Positions 48,490 to 57,806 of a DNA stretch of 64,000 nucleotides are shown here, piece by piece. A program made the position numbers and the translations under genes. A model generated the notes under the pieces. It was not told where the DNA came from, did no database searches, and saw only the letters and a list, made by a program, of their open reading frames with translations. Position 1 is the first letter of the stretch, and each line of letters opens with the position of its first letter. Where the stretch lies: positions 31,477-95,476 of the IMG/VR virus record IMGVR_UViG_3300032293_001631. One strand, given 5' to 3'. This DNA is from a virus.

Positions 48490-49077
48490 ATGAATCACTT
48501 GTTAACGTATAAACAGCTATTTGAGAAAATGCAGATGGTAACTGCAAACTGGTCAATAATAAGCAACGAGGGATCTTTTGACAAGAAAGAGGAGAGTGGA
48601 TATCTGGTATTTAGTAAGGATGGAACATTTTCTATAATCTATAACAAAAAAGATCCTAAAGAGGAAGCTAGAATAGAGTTCTATTCATCCAAGGAAAAAT
48701 CAACTGATAAAAAATCTGTTTGTGAATGTAAGGTAACTACACCTTCAGGAGAGGATCGTGTAAAGAAAGGATTCCCTGATGTTACTACAAGTAATGTTTG
48801 GGAGATAGTATCAATATTTTTCGATTTCTGTGATTTAGAGAAAGCCCAGAAAAACGAGGTGGATAAGTTTTTAATGGGATTTTCTAAATCAATACAGGAG
48901 GTTAACAAAAGTGAAGATAAAGACCAGCTGCCAGCATCTTTTAAGGTTTTCCATAAGTATATAAAGGATTGGACTAAAAACACTCCTAAAGCGCCTTCTG
49001 TGTCTCATGACAGCTATAATTTTGAGTCTATAATAAAGAAGTTTGTAGAATATCTTAAAACAGATAAATCTGCTTAG
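48490..49077 (+). CDS. Hypothetical protein with CTS-like N-terminus
   Basis: MNHLLTYKQLFE|K; AATATATA variant at 48478-48485. Confidence 0.65.
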   Translation: MNHLLTYKQLFEKMQMVTANWSIISNEGSFDKKEESGYLVFSKDGTFSIIYNKKDPKEEARIEFYSSKEKSTDKKSVCECKVTTPSGEDRVKKGFPDVTTSNVWEIVSIFFDFCDLEKAQKNEVDKFLMGFSKSIQEVNKSEDKDQLPASFKVFHKYIKDWTKNTPKAPSVSHDSYNFESIIKKFVEYLKTDKSA

Positions 49078-49379
49078 TTTTCTTCCTTCCTTTTTAGCTG
49101 TTTCATATAATCATCCCATACCATCCCGCCTTCCTTTATAGAAGGACTTGGGTATTTGTGAAGCTCCGCTCTTTTGGACATTATATACGATGCTATGATT
49201 GCATCTTTTAATGTGATCTCTTTTTTATCAAGCATTTCCTGAACCTTTCTCACAGAGTTAATTGCTTCTATCTTGTTTGCGAACCTTAACCCCCGAGCAT
49301 ATTTTTTTTCTTTGCTAAAAGGATTTACAGCATTCAGGTAAATCTGTTCGAATAATTTGAAGGTTAGAATTTTTTTCAC
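49074..49379 (-). CDS. Hypothetical protein with CTS-like N-terminus
   Basis: MKKILTFKLFE|Q (GTG start); minus-strand GAATATATA at 49392-49384. Confidence 0.65.
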   Translation of the reverse strand: MKKILTFKLFEQIYLNAVNPFSKEKKYARGLRFANKIEAINSVRKVQEMLDKKEITLKDAIIASYIMSKRAELHKYPSPSIKEGGMVWDDYMKQLKRKEEN

Positions 49380-49398
49380 CTAATATATATTCCTTTTT

Positions 49399-49427
49399 GA
49401 AACCTCTTTGCCTTAGGGTCATAAAAT
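49399..49427 (+). promoter_or_regulatory. GAAAC-N18-TAAAAT promoter motif upstream of the polymerase gene
   Basis: Exact 18-nt spacer. Confidence 0.6.
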
Positions 49428-49431
49428 AAGT

Positions 49432-50838
49432 ATGATCATTAATATAGAGAACACGGGAAAGGGACTTACAGTATCTCATTACACAGAAGAGGGTGACGTT
49501 AACATGCTAGAAATACCTGTTCCTAAGCATCTAAATTTTGTTTGGCAGAAGACATCTGAAAACGACAGAAATAAGGATAGCGAATGGAGATCGTGGGACA
49601 ATTTCCCAGTTAAAAAAGTATCTTCCAGTAGATTCGACAAATATAGAACTGTGGAGATATTAGAAGCTATTGATCCGCAAATAACAAAACCTCTTTGGGA
49701 TTATCAGACACCAAAAAAATACTTTGTAGATATTGAGGTTGAAATAACTGACAACAGGGCAGATTCATTAGACACAGAGAATTCAAAAAACCGGGTTCTT
49801 TCTATAGGGATGGCTTCATCACAAGGAAAAATATTGGTTATTGGCCTAGAAGATATGCCACAGGATAAGATACTAAAGATAGAAAAAAGAATCAAGGAAC
49901 ACTTTAAAGATCTACCAGGGGAATGGACTTTTAATTACAGAAAGTTCGAAACTGAGTTTGATATGCTTTACACATTCCTTTCTAAGCTGGTACCAAAGAT
50001 GCCTTTGATAACTGGATGGAACTGGTTTGGATATGACTGGCCATATCTAATGAACAGAGCAAAAAGACTTGGAATAGACCCAAGAATAGCTTCACCTAGT
50101 GGAATCCTTACAGGGGTAAACCAGATTCCTCTACATGTACTTATGGTGGATTACCTGGACATCTATAAAAAGTGGGATAGAGTTATCAAGATACGTGAGT
50201 CCAATTCATTAGATTATGTTGCTAATCAGGCAATAGGAATAAAGAAAATTTCCTACAACGGAACACTAAAAGATTTATATGAATCCGACTTTGAGACATT
50301 TATTTTCTATAATGCAGTTGACTGTGCATTAGTCCATTACATAGATAAAAGACTGGACACTATATCTACTTTTTTTAAAATCGCCGAAGTTAGTAGAGTA
50401 GAGATAGACAGAGCCCTTTCACCAGTTTGGACAACAGAGGTTCTGATGCTCAGAAAATTCATGGAAAGAAAAAGAGTAATAGTAAATGAGAGAAAAGGCG
50501 AATCCCATGTTAAGTTCGAAGGAGCTTATGTAAAGAAACCTGAAAAGGGTTTATATGAGTGGATCGCTTGTTTTGACTTTGCTTCACTGTATCCTAATAC
50601 AATGATGCAGTGGGGAATATCACCGGAAGTTTATATTGGTAAAAATCTTAAAGAGATACCAGAGGGAGCTATTAAAACTTCATCAGGAGCAGTATTCTAT
50701 AGCAAAGAAGGTAAGGAACCAATACTTAGAGAAATATTACAAGGCCTTTATGCACAAAGAAAAGCTACGAAGAAAAAATATTTTGAATGTGAAAAAGAAA
50801 TAGAGAAAATTAAAAAAGCAATAAAAGCAAAATCATAA
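49432..50838 (+). CDS. Family B DNA polymerase, N-terminal subunit of a split enzyme (exonuclease + motif A)
   Basis: ExoI FVDIEVE, ExoII GWNWFGYDWPY, ExoIII YNAVD, motif A CFDFASLYP; ends before motifs B and C. Confidence 0.9.
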   Translation: MIINIENTGKGLTVSHYTEEGDVNMLEIPVPKHLNFVWQKTSENDRNKDSEWRSWDNFPVKKVSSSRFDKYRTVEILEAIDPQITKPLWDYQTPKKYFVDIEVEITDNRADSLDTENSKNRVLSIGMASSQGKILVIGLEDMPQDKILKIEKRIKEHFKDLPGEWTFNYRKFETEFDMLYTFLSKLVPKMPLITGWNWFGYDWPYLMNRAKRLGIDPRIASPSGILTGVNQIPLHVLMVDYLDIYKKWDRVIKIRESNSLDYVANQAIGIKKISYNGTLKDLYESDFETFIFYNAVDCALVHYIDKRLDTISTFFKIAEVSRVEIDRALSPVWTTEVLMLRKFMERKRVIVNERKGESHVKFEGAYVKKPEKGLYEWIACFDFASLYPNTMMQWGISPEVYIGKNLKEIPEGAIKTSSGAVFYSKEGKEPILREILQGLYAQRKATKKKYFECEKEIEKIKKAIKAKS

Positions 50839-50841
50839 ATT

Positions 50842-51306
50842 ATGGCAAATACAGACAACAAATGCGCGGATCTTCCGGTAGAAGATTTCCACACAGGGGT
50901 AAACGATACTCTTGGATTAATTTACAACAAACAAGCAGAATTACAGAAAAGATACGGCTTCGATTTTAAAGATTGGACTTTGAAACAAATAGCTGATTTC
51001 TGGATGGTTAACAAACATGCACTAAGTGATGAATTAAACGAGATGTTTGATGCACTTGGGGGAGTTAATGATGGTATTGGTTCTGCGGGATGGAAATACT
51101 GGAAAGGTGATAACAAGAAAGCTGCTGAGATGAAAATATCAGATCTTAGTGAAAATGACAGATTAGAGCTATTTTATGAATGGATTGATGGATTACATTT
51201 CTTCATGAATTTTGGTATTTCTATGGGAATGACCAGTAAAGATATTGTTAATCTTTATATGGCAAAAAATTCCGAAAATCATGACAGACAAGAGAGAGGA
51301 TATTAA
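50842..51306 (+). CDS. All-alpha dCTP/dUTP pyrophosphatase, T4 gp56-like
   Basis: DELNEMFDALG, WKYWK, EWIDGLHFF, YMAKNSENHDRQERGY. Confidence 0.85.
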   Translation: MANTDNKCADLPVEDFHTGVNDTLGLIYNKQAELQKRYGFDFKDWTLKQIADFWMVNKHALSDELNEMFDALGGVNDGIGSAGWKYWKGDNKKAAEMKISDLSENDRLELFYEWIDGLHFFMNFGISMGMTSKDIVNLYMAKNSENHDRQERGY

Positions 51307-51358
51307 TATATAAATAACCCCCGTAGATAAGAAACAATATAAATAATATAAAAATAAA

Positions 51359-52339
51359 ATGGAAAAGTTACTTACCCCAAATCCGAAAAGATTCTCATTA
51401 TTCCCTGTCCAACAACACGATATGTGGACCATGTACAAAACTGCTGAGGCTTCTTTTTGGACTGCGGAGGAAATAGATTTAGCTCAAGACATCACTCATT
51501 GGAGAGATAAACTAAATGATAATGAAAGATACTTCATTAAACACGTAATTGCTTTCTTTAACAATTCGGACGGAATAGTTAACGAGAATCTTGCTGCTAA
51601 CTTTTTCAATCAGGTACAATATCCTGAAGCAAGATGTTTTTATGGGTTTCAATTAGCTATAGAAAATATACACGGGGAAACATATTCTTTATTAATTGAC
51701 ACTTATATAAATGACGAGGAAGAGAAAGAGCATTTGTTTAATGCTATAGATACTGTTCCATCTGTTAAAAGAAAAGCGGACTGGGCTATGAAATGGATTG
51801 AGAAAGGCTCTTTCACAGAAACACTTATAGCTTTTGCCGCAGTGGAGGGTATTTTCTTTTCTGGGTCATTCTGTTCTATCTTCTGGTTAAAGAAAAGAGG
51901 ATTGATGCCTGGTCTTTGCTTTGCTAATGAATTAATATCAAGAGACGAAGGATTACATTGCGATTTTGCTTGTTTACTTTACACTAAACACATCGAAAAT
52001 AAACTTCCAGAAGAAACAGTGAGACAGATAATTACGGAAGCTGTAGAGATAGAAAAGGAGTTCGTAACATCATCTTTACCTGTTAGACTCATTGGAATGA
52101 ATTCTGATCTTATGTGCGAATACATTGAATTCGTAGCAGATAGACTTCTAGTTTCTTTAGGATGCTCTAAAATATTTAATACTAAGTGTCCTTTTGATTT
52201 TATGGTAAACATTGCACTAGAGAACAAGGGAAATTTCTTCGAAGGAAGAGTGGGATCTTATCAAAAATCGGGTGTTATGGACAGCACAAAAGAAAATGGA
52301 AATAGTGGTAAAACTTTTTCGTTAGATGCTGATTTTTAG
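51359..52339 (+). CDS. nrdB: Ribonucleotide reductase class Ia beta subunit
   Basis: [50 protein letters not shown]. Confidence 0.97.
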   Translation: MEKLLTPNPKRFSLFPVQQHDMWTMYKTAEASFWTAEEIDLAQDITHWRDKLNDNERYFIKHVIAFFNNSDGIVNENLAANFFNQVQYPEARCFYGFQLAIENIHGETYSLLIDTYINDEEEKEHLFNAIDTVPSVKRKADWAMKWIEKGSFTETLIAFAAVEGIFFSGSFCSIFWLKKRGLMPGLCFANELISRDEGLHCDFACLLYTKHIENKLPEETVRQIITEAVEIEKEFVTSSLPVRLIGMNSDLMCEYIEFVADRLLVSLGCSKIFNTKCPFDFMVNIALENKGNFFEGRVGSYQKSGVMDSTKENGNSGKTFSLDADF

Positions 52340-52387
52340 CCCCCTGTTAGAATATTCTCTTCGATATATAAAATCAAATAAGTTCAC

Positions 52388-52471
52388 TAGTTTATGAGAG
52401 ATATCAATAACCTTAGAAATGGAATTTTTATACACCTAACACATAAGTTCATTTCTGATATCTCCAAACTA
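52388..52471 (+). other. Long imperfect hairpin in the nrdB-nrdA spacer (candidate structured RNA; overlaps a 28-codon ORF at 52394-52480)
   Basis: Nested pairs TAGTTT/AAACTA, GAGATATC/GATATCTC, AGAAAT/ATTTCT, GAATTT/AAGTTC; GATATATA at 52363 and a T run at 52481. Confidence 0.5.
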
Positions 52472-52496
52472 ATCGATTAATTTTTTTTAAAACAAA

Positions 52497-52525
52497 GAAA
52501 CTGTTGGATAAAAAGTCCCTAAAAG
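52497..52525 (+). promoter_or_regulatory. GAAAC-N18-TAAAAG promoter motif upstream of nrdA
   Basis: Exact 18-nt spacer. Confidence 0.55.
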
Positions 52526-52547
52526 AAAAAGTAAAATAAAAAATAAA

Positions 52548-54914
52548 ATGGAAGTAATAAAAAGAGATGGCTCGAGAGAAAGAGTTAAGCTAGACAAGAT
52601 CTTAAATAGAGTTAAGAAGCAGTGTTATGGTTTAAATATGGATTATATTGAACCAATGGAGATCGCTAAAAAGGTTATTCATGGTTTATATGATGGGATT
52701 TCATCAGTAGAGCTTGACGTTTTAGCAGCAGAGACAGCAGCTGCTTTAACTCCGACACATCCCGATTATTCAATATTAGCAGCTAGGATTAGCGTTACTT
52801 CCCTACACAAAAGAACTCCAAAAAGCTTCTCTGCTGTAATTGAGCAATTGTACAATTATGTAGATCCTAAGACCGGGCTAAAAGCACCAATGATTGCTGA
52901 TGATATTTATAAAATCATATCTGAAAACTCTAAGGATATAGATTCACAGATCATCACTGATAGAGATTTGGATTATGATTATTTTGGGTATAAAACTTTA
53001 GAAAAATCATATCTTTTAAAAATCGACGGGCAACCAGCAGAAAGGCCACAGCAAATGTTAATGAGAGTTGCTATTGGTATTCACAAGGAAGATCTAGCTT
53101 CTGCTTATAGAACTTACGATTTAATGAGCCAGGGATTCTTCACACACGCTACCCCTACATTATTTAACTCCGGAACTAGAAGACCACAGCTTTCTTCGTG
53201 TTTCTTAGTATCAATGGACGACGATTCAATCCAGGGCATCTATAAAACATTATCTGATGTAGCACAAATATCTAAAAATGCTGGAGGTATTGGATTACAC
53301 ATTCATAACATAAGAGGAACAGGAGCGTATATCAAAGGAACCAACGGAGCATCTAATGGTATTATACCGATGTTAAAAGTATTCAACGAAACTGCTAGAT
53401 ATGTTGATCAAGGGGGTGGTAGAAGAAAAGGATCTTTTGCTATTTACCTAGAGCCTTGGCACTGTGACGTTGAGGACTTCTTAAATCTTAGAAAGAATCA
53501 CGGTAAAGAGGAAATGAGAGCGAGAGATCTTTTCTTGGCTTTGTGGACTCCTGATCTGTTTATGGAAAGAGTTAAGGCTGATGGGGAATGGACTTTATTT
53601 TCACCTGATGAAGCTCCTGGACTTGATGATGTATATGGAGATGAATTTGTTAAACTCTATACAAAATATGAATCTGAAGGAAGAGGAAGAAAAACAATTA
53701 AAGCTCAAGAACTTTGGTACAAAATCATCGAAGCACAGATTGAAACAGGAACTCCTTACATGCTTTATAAGGATGCAGCTAATATAAAATCTAATCAGAA
53801 GAATTTAGGAACTATTAAATCTTCCAATCTTTGTACGGAGATTATGGAGTATTCAGATTCAAAAGAAACAGCAGTTTGTAATTTAGCTTCTATTGCATTA
53901 CCTAAATTCATTATTCCTGGTAAGAAACCTAAATACGATCTCAATGCTCTTAAGGATATAGCTTACACAGCAACAATTAACCTTAATAGAGTAATTGATG
54001 TTAACTATTATCCTACTAAAGAAACTAAGACTTCTAATATGAAGCACAGACCAATTGGTATCGGTGTTCAAGGCTTGGCAGATACGTTTGCCATCTTAAA
54101 AATACCTTTTGAGTCTGATGAAGCTAAGAATTTAGACAGGGATATTTTCGAAGCAATTTATTACGGAGCTATGTGTGCTTCTGTTGATCTTGCAGAAAAA
54201 GAGGGAGCATACCAAACATTCAAAGGATCTCCACTATCCAAAGGATTATTTCAGTTTGATCTATGGAATGAATCACCTAGTCCAAGATGGAATTGGGAAG
54301 AATTAAGAGAAAGAGTTAAAACACACGGAGCTAGAAACTCTTTATTACTTGCTCCTATGCCCACTGCTTCAACAAGTCAGATTTTAGGAAACAACGAATG
54401 TTTTGAACCTTTCACTTCTAACATTTATATCAGAAAAACATTATCTGGTGAATTCCCTGTTGTTAATAAACATTTAGTTAAGGATCTAGTTAAAATAGGA
54501 TTATGGAGTGAAAGTCTTAGAGATAAGATTATAATCAACAATGGATCTGTACAAGATATCCCAGAAATACCAGAAGATCTTAAATCTATCTACAAAACTG
54601 CTTGGGAGATGAGTCAGAAGATTATTATTGATCATGCTGCAACTAGAGCTCCTTTTATATGTCAAAGTCAAAGTATGAATTTATTTGTACAAGATGCTAA
54701 CTTTGCTAAACTTTCATCCGCTCATTTTTATGGATGGGACAAAGGATTAAAAACCGGAAGCTACTATATCAGAACTAAAGCTGCAACAACAGCAATCAAA
54801 GGACTGGGGATAGATACATCTAGAGCAGAGCCTATTAAATCCGAATCGGAAAACTACAGCGACTTAGTTTGTAGTATAGATAACCCAGAGGATTGCGAGG
54901 CTTGCGGATCATAA
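52548..54914 (+). CDS. nrdA: Ribonucleotide reductase class Ia alpha subunit with ATP cone
   Basis: VIKRDG ATP cone, [37 protein letters not shown]-terminal CEACGS. Confidence 0.97.
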   Translation: MEVIKRDGSRERVKLDKILNRVKKQCYGLNMDYIEPMEIAKKVIHGLYDGISSVELDVLAAETAAALTPTHPDYSILAARISVTSLHKRTPKSFSAVIEQLYNYVDPKTGLKAPMIADDIYKIISENSKDIDSQIITDRDLDYDYFGYKTLEKSYLLKIDGQPAERPQQMLMRVAIGIHKEDLASAYRTYDLMSQGFFTHATPTLFNSGTRRPQLSSCFLVSMDDDSIQGIYKTLSDVAQISKNAGGIGLHIHNIRGTGAYIKGTNGASNGIIPMLKVFNETARYVDQGGGRRKGSFAIYLEPWHCDVEDFLNLRKNHGKEEMRARDLFLALWTPDLFMERVKADGEWTLFSPDEAPGLDDVYGDEFVKLYTKYESEGRGRKTIKAQELWYKIIEAQIETGTPYMLYKDAANIKSNQKNLGTIKSSNLCTEIMEYSDSKETAVCNLASIALPKFIIPGKKPKYDLNALKDIAYTATINLNRVIDVNYYPTKETKTSNMKHRPIGIGVQGLADTFAILKIPFESDEAKNLDRDIFEAIYYGAMCASVDLAEKEGAYQTFKGSPLSKGLFQFDLWNESPSPRWNWEELRERVKTHGARNSLLLAPMPTASTSQILGNNECFEPFTSNIYIRKTLSGEFPVVNKHLVKDLVKIGLWSESLRDKIIINNGSVQDIPEIPEDLKSIYKTAWEMSQKIIIDHAATRAPFICQSQSMNLFVQDANFAKLSSAHFYGWDKGLKTGSYYIRTKAATTAIKGLGIDTSRAEPIKSESENYSDLVCSIDNPEDCEACGS

Positions 54915-54922
54915 ATAGTAAT

Positions 54923-55582
54923 ATGGAAAAAAAGAAAAATTCGACCAGAAAGATAGATTCGTTTAAAGACTTTGTAAAAGAGTATGGCGATATAGATGGA
55001 AAAGAGAATCTGGAAGAGGTTCCTTGTATAATTATTACTGGCCCTCCAGGATGTGGAAAAGGAACCCAGTCAAATATAATAGCTAAGGGCATGAGATGGA
55101 AGCACGTTTCCACTGGTGATATCTTAAGAGCATCCGATAATAAGGATATAAAGAAGATGATGAAAACTGGAGAACTTCTACCCGATGATTTAGTAGGAAA
55201 GGAACTGATTTCATATCTTAAAGAATATTCAAAAACACATGATCCTAAGGGATTTATATTTGATGGATATCCTAGGAATTTAGCTCAGAAAGATATTTTT
55301 AATGAAATATGTGCTGTTAATAAGCTAAAACTTGTTTATGTTTTCTTCTTAAATGCACCAGAAGAAATCCTAAAGAAAAGAATAATGGAAAGGGGCAAAT
55401 CTTCAGGAAGATCTGATGATAAGAATGAAAAAGCATTCAATAAAAGAATGAATGAATATAACGAACAGACTCTTCCTATGATAGAATCTATGAGAAATGG
55501 ATCGGATTTCTTGGAAATATCAGCAAACAGAAGATTAGATGAGGTGTCGGATCTAATATTCAAAAAACTTAATGAAATTTAA
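54923..55582 (+). CDS. adk: Adenylate kinase (short LID) with an N-terminal CTS-like extension
   Basis: GPPGCGKGTQ, HVSTGDILR, GELLPDD, FDGYPRN, RGKSSGRSDD; ATG 54923 preferred over TTG 54893. Confidence 0.9.
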   Translation: MEKKKNSTRKIDSFKDFVKEYGDIDGKENLEEVPCIIITGPPGCGKGTQSNIIAKGMRWKHVSTGDILRASDNKDIKKMMKTGELLPDDLVGKELISYLKEYSKTHDPKGFIFDGYPRNLAQKDIFNEICAVNKLKLVYVFFLNAPEEILKKRIMERGKSSGRSDDKNEKAFNKRMNEYNEQTLPMIESMRNGSDFLEISANRRLDEVSDLIFKKLNEI

Positions 55583-55617
55583 TTGGATTTTTTAGTATAA
55601 CTTTTAAACCTAAAAAA

Positions 55618-56883
55618 ATGTCTAAAAACAAAAAAGAAAAAACCATTCCCACGGAAATTAACCAGGTGGAGCCTATTATTCAAGAAAAATCTCAAGAAGA
55701 AAAATCGCAGCCAACTATCTGTCTAACGATGATAGTTAAGAATGAATCCCAGGTAATTAGAAGATGTATAGATTCTGTGAAGGACTATATTAGTTATTGG
55801 GTTATAGTAGATACTGGATCTACCGACGGAACTCAAGACCTAATAAAGGAAATAATGGAAGAATATGGGATTCCTGGAGAGTTACACGAGAGACCTTGGG
55901 TAGATTTTGGACACAACAGAACTGAGAGTTTAAACTATTCTAAGGATAAGGCAGACTATAGATTAATTATAGATGCGGATGATGTTTTATTCATCGAAAA
56001 CCCTGAAGTAAATCCATTCTTAAACATCTCTAAAGATTTCTATAAGATTAAAATCCGTTTAGGGTCACTAGCTTATTATAGAACACAATTAGTACGTGGT
56101 GATCAGAACTGGAAATATGTTGGAGTACTTCATGAATATCTTTCAGGTCCGGAGGATATGCAATTGGAGGAGGATTTCCTAGATGGTATAGAGATGCACG
56201 CTTCAGTTTCTGGACACAATAGAGATATTAAAGGTAAAGATAAGTACTACAATGATGCTTTGATCTTTGAAAAAGCTATATTAACAACACCTAAGGAAGA
56301 TCTTCCAATAGATCTTGAGAGAAGATATGTTTTTTATATGGCTCAAAGCTATAGAGATGCTGGAATGCACCAGAGATCTATAGAAGCTTATCAAAGAAGA
56401 ATAGATCTTGGTGGGTGGAACGAAGAAATATACATCTCAAAATATTGGATAGCTAGACAGAAACAAACCATGGAAAGTCCAGATCAGGAGATTATAGATG
56501 CTTACTTGAAAGCTTGGGAATATAGGCCAAATAGATTGGAAGCTCTATACCATTTGATTAAATTTTTAGGATCAAGAAAAAGATATGCTCTAGCTTTTGC
56601 TCTATCTTCAGTTGGTATGAAAACTGGACCTTGCTCAGATATCTTGTTTGTTGAGGATGATATATGGAAATGGAGAATGCCTGATGAGTATTCAGTTCTT
56701 GCATACTATAACGGTAATGCAGAGGAAGCTCATAAGACAACAACAATTCTTATTAACTCTCCTGTGTTTGGTAAGATCCCTAAAAACGAGCAGGATAGGA
56801 TCCATAAAAACATAGAATTTTACAACAAAGCAATTGGAAGAGAATCGGTAGAGGAAGAAAAAGAAGAATTGCAGGAGTCTTAG
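55618..56883 (+). CDS. Glycosyltransferase family 2 with C-terminal TPR repeats
   Basis: CLTMIVKNE, VDTGSTDGT, DFGHNR, IDADD, VGVLHE; TPR-like FYMAQSYRDAG, YLKAWEYRPNRLEALY. Confidence 0.88.
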   Translation: MSKNKKEKTIPTEINQVEPIIQEKSQEEKSQPTICLTMIVKNESQVIRRCIDSVKDYISYWVIVDTGSTDGTQDLIKEIMEEYGIPGELHERPWVDFGHNRTESLNYSKDKADYRLIIDADDVLFIENPEVNPFLNISKDFYKIKIRLGSLAYYRTQLVRGDQNWKYVGVLHEYLSGPEDMQLEEDFLDGIEMHASVSGHNRDIKGKDKYYNDALIFEKAILTTPKEDLPIDLERRYVFYMAQSYRDAGMHQRSIEAYQRRIDLGGWNEEIYISKYWIARQKQTMESPDQEIIDAYLKAWEYRPNRLEALYHLIKFLGSRKRYALAFALSSVGMKTGPCSDILFVEDDIWKWRMPDEYSVLAYYNGNAEEAHKTTTILINSPVFGKIPKNEQDRIHKNIEFYNKAIGRESVEEEKEELQES

Positions 56884-56908
56884 GATATATAACATAAAAA
56901 GTTATATA

Positions 56909-57394
56909 ATGAGAATCCTGAGATTTTTAGAATTTATTAATGAATCAGTTTATAACGTTGGTATTCCTCTTTTCAGAGGAACTAGTACACAACCAGAAAG
57001 AACTATAAAGAGAAATAAATTCATAGGTGAAGTACAATCATTCTTAAGTCAGATTGCTAACGGTACACTTTCAGAAGTTACTGTTGTTGCTGAGATACCT
57101 ACACAAGGAAAAAATACCCCTGCATATCTAAGAGATGTTTATGCTGAAATGGGATACGATCCTGGGAAGGATTATGATGAGGATATGTACGATCCTGAAA
57201 CAGATGTTTACATGGGGGATAGAAGCAGAACAGCTGATGAGCCAACTAGAAACATCTTTGTAGATTCTGAATTTATTGTTAAGGATATAGATCAGACAAG
57301 AGGTGTTATTATTGCAATACCTTATTCTTTAAGAAAAAAGAACGTTATTGTTGAGCTTACACCTGAAATGATTGATGAGTGCTTCATCAAATAA
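56909..57394 (+). CDS. Hypothetical protein with CTS-like N-terminus
   Basis: MRILRFLEFINE|S; GATATATA at 56884-56891. Confidence 0.7.
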   Translation: MRILRFLEFINESVYNVGIPLFRGTSTQPERTIKRNKFIGEVQSFLSQIANGTLSEVTVVAEIPTQGKNTPAYLRDVYAEMGYDPGKDYDEDMYDPETDVYMGDRSRTADEPTRNIFVDSEFIVKDIDQTRGVIIAIPYSLRKKNVIVELTPEMIDECFIK

Positions 57395-57411
57395 ATTCAA
57401 CTTATAATCAT

Positions 57412-57771
57412 ATGGATTTTGAAGATTTCCATATTGCAAAAATAGGAAAGCATACCTTTATTTTAGAAGAGTGTAAAAACTTCCCAAAAGGATTATCTGA
57501 AAGGGAAGATCTACTCGAAAATGAAGGTATGCTTTTTGATTTTAAAGAGTCTGGTCCAGTTTCTTTCCATATGAAAGGATGTTTAATTCCACTGGATATT
57601 ATATTCATAAAAGACGGAAAAATCGAAAAGATATATCACAATTGTAATCCCTGTGAGCTTAACGAGTGCGAAAAATTTGAGCATGAATCTGCAGATACCG
57701 TAGTGGAGCTCAAAGGAGGGACATGCAAGAAAAATATGATAAACGAAGGTCTCATCTATAGGTTAATGTGA
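57412..57771 (+). CDS. DUF192 family protein
   Basis: KGLSERE...EGMLFDF...FHMKGCLIPLDIIFI...VVELKGG; ATG 57412 is the likely start. Confidence 0.85.
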   Translation: MDFEDFHIAKIGKHTFILEECKNFPKGLSEREDLLENEGMLFDFKESGPVSFHMKGCLIPLDIIFIKDGKIEKIYHNCNPCELNECEKFEHESADTVVELKGGTCKKNMINEGLIYRLM

Positions 57772-57800
57772 GAAACTTTTTCCCCTGTCGATTTTATAAT
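57772..57800 (+). promoter_or_regulatory. GAAAC-N18-TATAAT promoter motif upstream of the topoisomerase gene
   Basis: Exact 18-nt spacer. Confidence 0.65.
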
Positions 57801-57806
57801 TAATGT

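Noticed and set aside
50700-50845. Split intein or intron at the end of the polB fragment
   Set aside because: There is no intein N-terminal block and no intervening non-coding sequence; the next gene begins 3 nt later.
51305-51345. Two exact T4 late promoter TATAAATA boxes upstream of nrdB
   Set aside because: The spacer is extremely AT-rich, and this octamer is not seen ahead of the structural genes, which use GATATATA; probably chance.
54893-54922. TTG start for adk given in the ORF track
   Set aside because: It overlaps the nrdA end; ATG 54923 with an A-rich leader is more plausible.
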